A stretch of DNA of 64,000 nucleotides from Naegleria gruberi. Its lineage: Eukaryota. Below the pieces are notes generated by a model that was given only the letters and a program-made list of their open reading frames with translations, had not been told where the DNA came from and ran no database searches. Position 1 is the first letter of the stretch. Every line of letters starts with the position of its first letter. A program made the position numbers and the translations under genes. This document shows positions 45,401-55,400 of the stretch, one piece after another. The DNA lies in assembly GCA_000004985.1 (NCBI GenBank), contig GG738908.1, one strand, 5' to 3'.

Positions 45401-46954
45401 ATATTTTTGATTATTAATAAATTCCAATATAGTTCTAATATTATTCATTAAATTATTAATAGTTAATAAATGTTCATTATTTTCAATATTATAATTATTA
45501 CTTGTTAATCTTTCAATTAAATTACAACAATTATTTAAATTATTACAAATTGTTAAATATTCATCTTGAAATTCTTTCTTAATTTGAATAGAAGAAGAAA
45601 ATGATTGAATCGATTCAAATTGTTTTTCAACTTTTCTTCTATTATTATCAACTTGTTGGTTGAGTGAACATAATTTTGAAAATGTTTCAGATGTGATTAT
45701 GAATGATTGTTTTTTCTCTAATTCTTTTCTTTCTCTTTCTATTTTTAGTAAACATTCTTTTTCAATTCTTTCCTTTTCAATTCTTTCCATTTCTAATTTT
45801 TTAATTCTTTCTCTTTCTAATCTTTCCATTTCTAGTTGGTTAAATTTTAATTGTTCCGATTGTTCTTTTAATAGTTGTTGTTCTTTTTCCATGTCACTTT
45901 TAATTGTTTGAATATTAATTCCATTCACTGACCATGTGTAATTTATGTTAATATTTGGATGTTGAAGTAATTGTTTAACAATTTCTAAATGCCCATTTTG
46001 GCAAGCAGTGTATAATGGTGGCTAATATATAAAAATAAAAATTAAATTAAATATTAAATACTTACAAACTAATATTATAAATATAAAAATTAAATTAAAT
46101 ATTAAAATACTTACTTTCTAATATTATAAATAAAATTAAATTAAATATTAAAATACTTACACGCTAATATTATAAATATAAATATAAATTAAATATTAAA
46201 ATACTTACACCCAAATTAACATCAATTGTTTTACATGATAATAATAATTTAACAATTTCTAAATAACCATTTTGGCAAGCAGTGTATAATGGTGTCTAAT
46301 ATTATAAATATAAAATTAAATTAAATATTAAAATACTTACATCCTAATATTATAAATAATATTAAATTAAATATTAAAATACTTACAAACTAATATTATA
46401 AATATAAAATTAAATTAAATATTAAAATACTTACATCCTAATATTATAAATATAAACTAAAATTAAATATTAAAATACTTACAACCTAATATTATAAATA
46501 ATATTAAATTAAATATTAAATTACTTACATCCTAATATTATAAATAATATTAAATTAAATATTAAAATACTTACAAACTAATATTATAAATATAAAATTA
46601 AATTAAATATTAAAATACTTACAACCTAATATTATAAATAATATTAAATTAAATATTAAAATACTTACATCCTAATATTATAAATAATATTAAATTAAAT
46701 ATTAAAATACTTACAAACTAATATTATAAATATAAATTAAATATTAAAATACTTACACCCAAATTAACATCAATTGTTTTACATGATAATAATAATTTAA
46801 CAATTTCTAAATGTCCTTTTTGGCAAGCAATAATTAACATGGTACAACCTTCTGATTTATTATTAACATCTTGTTCATTAAAATAATTATTAAATTCATC
46901 AATTTTGCCGTCTCTCGCAGCATCAAGCGCCTTCTGAAAATCTCGTGTGGCCAT
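42466..46954 (-). CDS. Multi-domain protein with 3 ankyrin repeats, a long E/K-rich coiled coil, a protein kinase domain (interrupted by a gap), a second coiled coil and a PARP catalytic domain; at least 3 exons
   Basis: Exon 1 is 46954..46757 (MATRDFQKALDAARDG...GCTMLIIACQKGHLEIVKLLLSCKTIDVNLG). Exon 2 is 46295..46209 (TPLYTACQNGYLEIVKLLLSCKTIDVNLG, exactly one ANK repeat). Exon 3 runs from 46021 (PPLYTACQNGHLEIVKQLLQHPN...) through the N gap 43843..44355 to the stop at 42466. The kinase N-lobe is ...VFIGIDLNDKKHIIKQYNLK...HSNIIEIEGIYTESDN, then the gap, then the C-lobe ...IILGDFDIS...GTLDYLAPE. The PARP has YLWHGT (H), GIYFAEY (Y) and YREFIVYD (E). The frame across the gap cannot be checked. 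Confidence 0.65.
43843..44355. other. Assembly gap (513 N) inside the kinase domain; also a single n at 44424
   Basis: A run of n. Confidence 0.99.
46022..46208 (-). repeat. Intron 2 of the ANK-kinase-PARP gene, built from ~4 tandem copies of a ~47-bp mini-intron-like unit
   Basis: On the minus strand each unit reads (N2-3)GTAAGTATTTTAATATTTAATTTAAT(T)ATATTTATAATATTAG. Confidence 0.7.
46296..46756 (-). repeat. Intron 1 of the same gene, built from ~10 tandem copies of the same 47-bp GTAAGT...TATTAG unit
   Basis: The ~47-nt period and unit variants cctaatattataaataatattaaattaaatattaaaatacttaca(t/aa/ac) are visible directly. Confidence 0.7.
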
Positions 46955-47560
46955 TTTTTTAAATTTGTTTTTGTCTACACGTCAAAGGAGAAATGACGAG
47001 TGACTTGACTGAACAATAAATTTGACAGCTCGATCAATGTCAACAATGAAGATCTGTTGGTGATAGAACGAACATAAGACCACTCCACACTGCTAAAACC
47101 CACGAGGGCAATCATTCAGCATGATTAAACAGGAAGATTGGCAACTTCAACAATTGTTGCCATCATTTACTCACAAAAATCTAATAAAAGCGTGAATTCT
47201 TCTCCTTCAATCGCAACAACAATACCACAATATTTAAAAACTCGTGCAATATTCATCAATTTCATTCAATTAAATATTTATATAGTATCGAATCCTTGCG
47301 AGAGAAGACCTTTCTACTACTATTGAATCTTACAACAATCTGATTCAACACTTTAAAACCTTGCTTAAATAAACATAATTTTTTAATAAGATTAAATGGT
47401 GATGGGATTATTTTACACAGTTATTGTGAAGAATTATTTTAGGAGAGTTGTCTCTGTGAAAAGAGATAAAGGTAGAGTAAATTATTGTAAATGATGTCAG
47501 ACGTAACAAGACGAATAAGTGGTGGTGGTGGTGAACAAGTAAGGATTCTCTCATTGTAAA

Positions 47561-49061
47561 TTACAACATGTTCATATCTTTCATATAATCTACGATAATA
47601 CTGTTTTTGACATCATCCAAAACTTTTTTCATTGTACCTGTATCTGTGGCACAAGTTATGTGATGATAAAGTTGACGTCCTGTCTTTGAACTTTGAGATT
47701 TGGCAGCTCCAGCTCGAGAAATGAATTGATCCATAATGTAAGTTCTGGCCTTACCAACATCTCGTCCACCTGTATATTCAGGGAAACACTTGTCCAAATC
47801 CTTAACTTTGATTTTCTCTTCAAACAAGTCATTCTTATTGAAGAAAATAATAAGTGGAGTTGTTTTAAAGTAACGAGATTGACAAATTTCAGTAAAAAGA
47901 GTCAATGATTCAATCATACGATTCATATCCTTATCTTCAAATAAAACTTGATCGTATTCACTCAATGCAGCAACGAAAATAATTGCTGTAACATCATCAA
48001 AACAGTGAATCCTTTTTAAAATAACATCAATTGACATTAATTAACAATGATGATGAATGGTAAATAAACAGTTTTCACACAAGTGACAATAACCATCAAT
48101 AACAATATAGATCAAAGATTTAGCCAAATAGTATGTTAATTAACAAGACACAATAACAAAAACTAACCATTTTCTTCTTTCGTTTCTTTGACCACCAACG
48201 TCAATCATCTTGAATTTGTATCCTTCAATACTAAAATCTGCTTCTACGATACCAACTGTCTTGACTCTTGAACGGAGAACATCTTGTTGGGTTGGTTGAT
48301 AATTGTTACTTGTCAATCTTTCAATATCTCTCAAATAACTATTACAAAATAACATAAAAACATTATATTCGAAACACATTCGAAACCAATAGAAACTTAC
48401 TATTCAGCAGAATCATTCAATTGATATTCACTTCTTCTCCTATAAGCTTCTTGAATACCAGCATCAGACCACAGTAATTTAATATCCTTTCCGAGTTCAG
48501 GTGAAATTATACTTCCAGCATTGAGAATAATTTGTTGTTCTGGAATTCTGGTAAACTTTTCTGCACGTTCGATATTTGATGAATTTGAAAATGAAATTTG
48601 TGGATTCAGAGTTTGCATTGCTTCGATCAAAACTCTGATGGATTGTAAAGTATTTCCATAGATAACATCTTTGAAACGTATACATTCTTCTGGTGTGTAG
48701 CCTTTGTGGTGAATAATTTTCATTTGTTTAAAGATGGTGGATTTCCCTGATTCACCTATTGTTGTTGATATTTAGATTAGTTTCGTCATGTTTAGTTTTG
48801 TTGTTGTTGTTGTTGATATTTAGATATTATACGATAAATAATCATTGGTATTATTCAATTATTGGTATTGTTATTCACAATCGTTCACAAAAAGTATGGA
48901 CGAAACACTTAAGAATATATCACACGAAACTAAACTAAACTTACCAGCTCCTAGTAACAAAAGTTTCAACTCTGACTTTTGTTTTTGATTATCCCTAGTC
49001 AATTTAGCATTAATTTCCTTGTTTTTGGTGGATTCTGCTGATTGTTCTTTAAAGCAAGGCA
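47561..49061 (-). CDS. Heterotrimeric G-protein alpha subunit, 4 exons (367 aa)
   Basis: The exons are 49061..48945, 48755..48401, 48338..48168 and 48021..47561. All introns are GTAAGT/GTTAGT...AG. Total CDS is 1104 nt, or 368 codons. The exons encode in turn MPCFKEQ...[24 protein letters not shown]...[14 protein letters not shown]...[19 protein letters not shown]...[14 protein letters not shown], and [26 protein letters not shown]...[12 protein letters not shown]...TCATDT.... Confidence 0.9.
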
Positions 49062-49838
49062 TCGTTTGATGTGTTAAAAATTTTAGTCTAGATTCGAATA
49101 GTAATAAATTGTTGTTGTAGTAATATTTGATGAGAGATAAAATATTCTTGTTGTTGAGACTGTTGTGGACGTTTTGATTTTTTTTTCTTTCTGCTTGTTC
49201 ACAAGTCACCTGACAGCTGTCAAGGCGAGAAAATTAAACGGGAAAGAGGCAAACAGTCTATCGGCATTCCTGCTGAAAAATATTGCCAATAATTACCCAG
49301 CATGAGATTTACTTTGGAATAATTGTAACGAATTTTTGAATATCTCTCATCTTCTCAGTTGACTAATTTAAATATATTTAAAAAATATTTAATATTTAAA
49401 AATTGGCAAATTGATGATGGTTGGTAATCAAGTGGCAACAAGAGTAAAGGTTGAAAGGTTTCAACAACTATTCTAATTGATAATACTAAACTGAAAATCA
49501 TTTCCTTATTCAAAACCTTCCGCATAGTTTCCATAAATGGGACTTGTTACAATGAGCAAAGAATTATTCCAATAACTGCATTATTCAAGATTCAAAGATG
49601 AAGCTGAAATGTTGAATGTTCTTGTCATTTCCCGCCAAATTACTACAATTCAAAATGAAAAAAAGCAAACAACAACAAGGCTTTGAGTGTTTGATGGTTT
49701 GTTGTCATTAGCCCTTGAGATTTAGATATTGAGACGAAAATCCGCAAAGAAAATAATTATCTAGTTAATTAATTAGTAAAATTGAAAAATTACAAAAATG
49801 TGTGTTTTATATTGGAAGAAGTATTTGTTCAGTGAAAT

Positions 49839-50858
49839 TTAGAAAATTCTGAATTGTAAATTGGTGCTATTAGTCTTTTTGTTGTTGTTATTATTATTAT
49901 TGTTATTGTTATTGTTGTTTGGCAATGGTACGAATTTCATAACAATAGCAAAGATGCAACCACCCAAGATGGCCAAAGCAACTAACAAACACAAAACAGC
50001 ACAACACTTATCAGTTTGAATTCTCCTCATGAAACTGGTAATTTCCTTTTGAGCTCTTTTCACATTGCTTCCGAGAGCATCCATTTCTTCATCAATTCTC
50101 CTCAATTGGTCTCTTTGTTGTCTCAGTAAATCAGCAGAATCAGTTGCCAAAGCAATAGTTTCCTCTGATTTCTTATTCAAACGATCGATAATGTCCAAAC
50201 ATTCCTTCTGAGTTGAAAATACTTCAGAAAATAATTCCTTTTCAATTTCATCGTGCCTTTGACGTTGTTCCTGTGTCAGATTGGCATTTCCCTTGTACAT
50301 ATTTGTCACATCAGCATCACTGTTTCTCTTAACTTCCACAACATCATCTTCTTCAATGGCATTGGATGAATTCTTTCCTTCATTCAATTTGTTTGCAAAT
50401 GTAAAGAAACCTTCCTTTTTACGAACACCACCACTATTTGTTGCTGATGATGATGAATTTGATGTTAAATTGGAATTTGTTGATTCTAAAGCAGAGTTAT
50501 TTGATGATTTACCATCATTCAACCCCTTTGCTTTAGTTTCAATAAATGTTTTTGATTGTTTGTAACTTGCTCTCAACTTGGCAATAATTTCCTTGTGTTT
50601 CTTCTTGGTATCGGATACTTGATTTTCAACGGATGGATCATTCTTTGTCAAGTTATTAATCTTGTTATATAATTTCCTACATTTTTCCAATAATTCTTCA
50701 ATAGTTTCGGATAGTGTGGAAATTTGTGAGGAAATAAAATTTGGATCCGATTGATTGGTAATGTTTAGACGACGAAGAGTGGTGATGTTTTCTTCAATCT
50801 TTGACTCGACACTTTCCAACTCGTGTGTGTAGGTTGAAAGTTTTTCGAGACTGCTCAT
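49839..50858 (-). CDS. Syntaxin-like Q-SNARE (t-SNARE coiled-coil homology domain plus C-terminal TM), with a poly-Asn tail after the TM
   Basis: A 339-aa ORF. The SNARE motif is LRQQRDQLRRIDEEMDALGSNVKRAQKEITSFMRRI. The TM is CCAVLCLLVALAILGGCIFAIVM. A 14xN tract follows, encoded by an (AAT/AAC)n repeat at 49878..49925. Confidence 0.7.
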   Translation of the reverse strand: MSSLEKLSTYTHELESVESKIEENITTLRRLNITNQSDPNFISSQISTLSETIEELLEKCRKLYNKINNLTKNDPSVENQVSDTKKKHKEIIAKLRASYKQSKTFIETKAKGLNDGKSSNNSALESTNSNLTSNSSSSATNSGGVRKKEGFFTFANKLNEGKNSSNAIEEDDVVEVKRNSDADVTNMYKGNANLTQEQRQRHDEIEKELFSEVFSTQKECLDIIDRLNKKSEETIALATDSADLLRQQRDQLRRIDEEMDALGSNVKRAQKEITSFMRRIQTDKCCAVLCLLVALAILGGCIFAIVMKFVPLPNNNNNNNNNNNNNKKTNSTNLQFRIF

Positions 50859-51036
50859 TTTTTGTTGATTTTTTTGACTGGGATGACAGATGACTTGAAG
50901 CCAAATTTCGAATTGATTTCGAATGAATTATTAGAATTTTAATTATTAAATAAATTATTCTCTACATGGAATTGAAACTTGAAAAATTCAGCTTTGTAAG
51001 AAGGATTGTTAATAATTCTTGTTTTAGTAAAATGAA

Positions 51037-51155
51037 TGGCTACGGCCATATCACGATGAATGCACCTCATCCCGTCCGATTTGAGAAGTTAAGCATCGTC
51101 GAGCCACATCAGTACTGAGGTTGGAGACAACTTGGGAACCTGTGGTGCTGTAGTC
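51037..51155 (+). rRNA. 5S ribosomal RNA gene
   Basis: GGCTACGGCCATATCACGATGAATGCACCTCATCCCGTCCGATTTGAGAAGTTAAGCATCGTCGAGCCACATCAGTACTGAGGTTGGAGACAACTTGGGAACCTGTGGTGCTGTAGTC matches the 5S consensus blocks ACGGCCATA, CCCGTCCGAT, GAAGTTAAGC, AGTACT, TGGGAGACC-like and GGTGCTGTA. The 5' GGCUAC pairs with the 3' GUAGUC. Confidence 0.8.
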
Positions 51156-51158
51156 TTT
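51154..51158 (+). terminator. Pol III T-run terminator at the 3' end of the 5S gene
   Basis: TTTTT immediately follows the 5S 3' stem. Confidence 0.55.
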
Positions 51159-52472
51159 TTCATGCTTCATATCTTTGAATCTCTTTATCTCTTACAGAAT
51201 GGATAAATTGCAGCATTTCTAACGGTGCCAATTAAGGCACTGAAAAAGAGCAAAAATAAAAAAACGAAAAAAAAAGCAAACAATAAGTTGAAGCGATATT
51301 AAGCTGCAACAATAGCGGAGGGAATTTCTTACTGCTTATTATTGTAGGCTATTTTGTTATGGATGGTTTTCCGTTCATGTTTTGAATCATGAAGAAGAAT
51401 ATTTTGTAATAGGTTTTTAAGTGGAACAAGAACAATAATAATGGAGAGACTCGGATGAAGGTTAATGCTGGAGACTCGGATCCAATTCTCTCATCATCGA
51501 TGTTGATTGATTCCCTCCCTATTAATAATAACAATCAATCGTGTTGGGGTAGAGTAATTATTTCAAAATTGTAGAATTGTTGTTGTTCGGAGAAGGAGAG
51601 GGAACATTTGGGTGCAACAATTAAGGACAAGGGATTCTATTGGATTTGGTAAATTTGGAAATCCGAGAAGAGGAAATTTGTTCAGATTGGATTTAGAGAA
51701 GGGCATATATGGATTTTTCAGACAATTCAATTCTTCAATGTGTAAACAACATGGATGTGAGATATTTTCACATACTCGTATGTATATAAAGCTTACAACA
51801 GATTTGGAGTTAATACAAACACAAAAGAGATGGATAGGTGCCACCAAATTACATTTCATTGGGTGGAAGAAATGGAGTATTATTAATGAGCAACTCTATT
51901 AAGTGAATGAAAAACAATACATATGGAATTAGATTTTATTTGGGAATTGAGGAGACAGATAGGGAGGATTATTTTACCTGAACCTTTTTCAAGGGTTCAC
52001 TTCTTTGGAATTGGGGGAAAAACTCATCACAATCTACAAGGGTCCAAGCAATTTCGGAACGTTTGGTTTTCCTATGAAAAATTATTCTTGCAGCTGTTTA
52101 ATGATAGAATGACTTAGAAGACTATTTCAGATTTACAAAATGTGACAGATAGTCTCCAATATCAAAACTCCTTGCAAATTATGCACAGCAATAGCATAAA
52201 AATGAAATTAGCTTGATATTCTCGTTTCAAGATTGGTCTTCAACCATTATTCTAAAAGGTTTCTGCAAACGAATTTCAGAACTTTGTACTTCTCTCGAAC
52301 AAACAACTGCAAATTCTGTGGACCAGAGAAAATGAGCAATCTTCGTGGAACAGTTTCGTAATTTTGTTGTGACCATGTCTGAAAGTGGAGTAGTGCAAAG
52401 ATGTTAGACAAGATTTTGGATTGAACAGAGATTTGAAATGGAAGAGAGAAAAACTGAAACATGTTCGATTTA

Positions 52473-55400
52473 TTAAGCAGTATTTTGAGTTCTTTGATTT
52501 GTTTTCTTGTGGAATAAAACTGTTCCGTAGTGTTGATTACCCATTACAATATTGCCATGATCCATTGGTATTTCATCTTTTCCAGTAAGTGTGGGCACAA
52601 TACTAACCATGCTTGGTATTGTTCTGTGTTTATCACCCCAACCTTTCTTCAGCTTGGTACCTATGTAAAATAAGACAAATATTGCCACCAATATAATCAC
52701 CAAAACAACCACAACAGAAATAACTGCTCCTATGATAATGGAGGCAAATTGAGCGTTTGCATCCACAACAGAACAATCAGATCCCAAAAATCCTGATAAA
52801 CATTGACATACACCATCCAAACAAATTCCATTCAAACTGCAATGATTTGGACAGGTAACATTTGCACAGGAAGCTGGGTTGGATTCACATGCATCAGCAG
52901 CAACTGCATTAGCACTAGCCATTGCAAAGGAAGTGTCACCAGTTGAAATTACATCGAACAAACAAGTCTGATAGAAAGTTCCAGTTAAACCAAGATTTGT
53001 GCAAATCTTTTTAGCAAGTTCGTTCAAGGTTTGATTTTCGGATGTGGCAGAAATAGCTGGTTCAAAATCGACAATGTTAATTGAGTTGTACGTTTCATCT
53101 GCTGTATAAATGAAATAGGATTCGCTTTGTGGCACTCTCCAGCTCTCTCCAAATCGTTTATGAATATCTGTGGCAGATGGATCATTCAATACAAGACCAT
53201 TCCTCAAAGTAAATTCATTGGATGCATTACCATCTAGTGTTCCATATAAACCTCCCTTTTCAGTTCCTGTAAAGTTAGTGTCCTTTGCAGGTGAGAAGGA
53301 GACACTAAGCCACTTGATTCCATCATTTTTCAATCTGAGCTGGCCTGAAAAGATTCCAGAAAACTTGATTAAAATTACTTTGAATGGAATGGAAGTGTCG
53401 TTCACCTTGTAAGAATTCACTGGATCCTTCTCTTCAACAATAGTAGCACCTCCATTCAATACATAGACTGGTTGTGAAGGTGGTTTGTAAGCGAGAGCAG
53501 TTTGTTGAATTTGTGGAATTTCATTAGTATCAGGATCTCTTTGATATTTGATTTGATCATAAAAGTTTTGTAAATCTTTTGGTATTTCAAGTGTTGCATT
53601 ATTTTCCACTGCTTGAACATTAACAACAGTTTCCTTGAGGTCTACAACTTGTCCATTGACATATACTACCACATCATTCGTTCCATCTGAAGAAACTTCA
53701 ACTGTATCAGTTCCACTTTGGAATGAAATAGCTTTCATGCAAGAGGTCTTGGAGTCCTTAGTACATTTAAGCAATCTTCCTTGCATGGTAAATTCAGTTA
53801 GATTTGTACAAGTAAAACTCTCCCAATGAATTGAAAGAGTACAACAGACCATCCACAGTTCTCAAGTGGATATCCCCAAAGGCAAGTACTCTGTTGAAAA
53901 GTTCAAACTCTTCAATCTTGTTGCACTTTGCTCCTGCAAAACCTGGGAAGCAACTGCAGATATTTGGGCCAACACAGGTTCCGTGCTCTGAACACCAGTC
54001 TTTATGAGCACAATGGAATTTAGAACAGTCATCGCCCATCCAGCCCCATCTACAAACACAATCATTCAATCCAACACATTTTCCTCTCTTTGCTCCTCCA
54101 CAATTTGAATAATTTGCACACAGTGAGTTGTCAAAAGTAATACAATCCAACTCTGGTGGAACATATGTAGCATCTTGGACGAAGATTGTTGAATACGAGT
54201 CAACTTTCAAGTACACCATGTTTGATTTGCAATCATACGATGTTTCTCCATCAGTTCTATTGGATGGGGATAGAATATATTCCTTATTTGGGCTAACAAT
54301 GTTAATAGAGATAGGGCCCCATGCACTGAACTTGAATCCCAAACTTATACCATATTTTCCTAACCAAGATATTTCAATCTTCTCTGGGGTACCAACAACT
54401 CCTAGCCATTCAACAGTATAACTGTTTGTGATATTATCCAAATATAGAGCTCTGTACTGCCATTCTCCTCCAGTTGTTAATTCTCCCAACAAATTTTCAG
54501 TTTGAAGATTTGATGTAGAGTTAATTCTTGTTTGATCGACAGAGTTTGTAATAGCTGGTGAGACAAACTCCAACTTGGACCAATTTACAGTCTCGTCACA
54601 CATGTATGCATTCCATGCTGAAACGTAAAAGCACTTATCAAAATCTACCATAATATTGTTTGCTGGAATGACTCTAGAATTGACTCTATTGAATCCGGCA
54701 GGAACAGTAATGTTATAGGATAAGCAACCATCTAGATCGATAATAATAGAGTGTTTGTAATTATCGTGTAGACCATTACTCTTACCAACCAATAGATATA
54801 TGACGTTAGAGTTGTGGAACTTTAAATTCTTGACGAGGTAATCGCCTTGAACCATTCTTGCCATCTTATCATTCTTAATACTAATAGCATTTGCTTTTCT
54901 GTTGCAATTATCAACAAAATTGAAAAACTCAATTCCGTCCAAAGTCATTGGTTTTCCGTCTCTGTGAAATTCTACACCAACAATTGGTTGGGTTCTGTAA
55001 TTTGCATAGGATCTGTGATAGGTAGAATTTGGATTTTTGTAATTACCACAAGAATAACAACCATAAGCACAACTACCAGTATTTCCCTTATTTCCAGACT
55101 CTCCAATGAAAATGCAGTCTTTGGCTGTGAACTTGTCTTGGTTGATCACATTGAAAGTATAACCAATAGGATTATCTGCATAGATACTATCCTTCATGGC
55201 TATTTCTCCTTGCACATAGGCAAATTGTCCTTGTACCTTATTTCTATAAGAGACGAGTTTTGTAAATTCGGCTACGGCCCAAGGATTTTCGGCACTACCA
55301 CACCTAATCTTTTGGAAGATTTCTAATCTAGGATCGGTACAAACAAAGAAATCGTGCCATAAATTGAGACCATGCTGTCTATTACTATGAACTGTGTTGT

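Noticed and set aside
46022-46756. Tandem ~47-bp repeats that superficially resemble a CRISPR-like array
   Set aside because: The units are contiguous, with 2-3 nt between copies and no unique spacers. They are AT-only, sit inside introns of a eukaryotic gene, and each unit is itself bounded by GTAAGT...TAG. This is an intronic minisatellite.
47138-47326. 62-aa plus-strand ORF between the ANK-PARP gene and the G-alpha gene
   Set aside because: It has no domain and lies in the promoter or 5' region of the ANK-PARP gene. It is probably a chance ORF.
51349-52462. Short ORFs (60-100 aa) in the 1.3-kb interval after the 5S gene
   Set aside because: They have no domain signatures, mixed strands and no coherent splice model. 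I treat the interval as intergenic.
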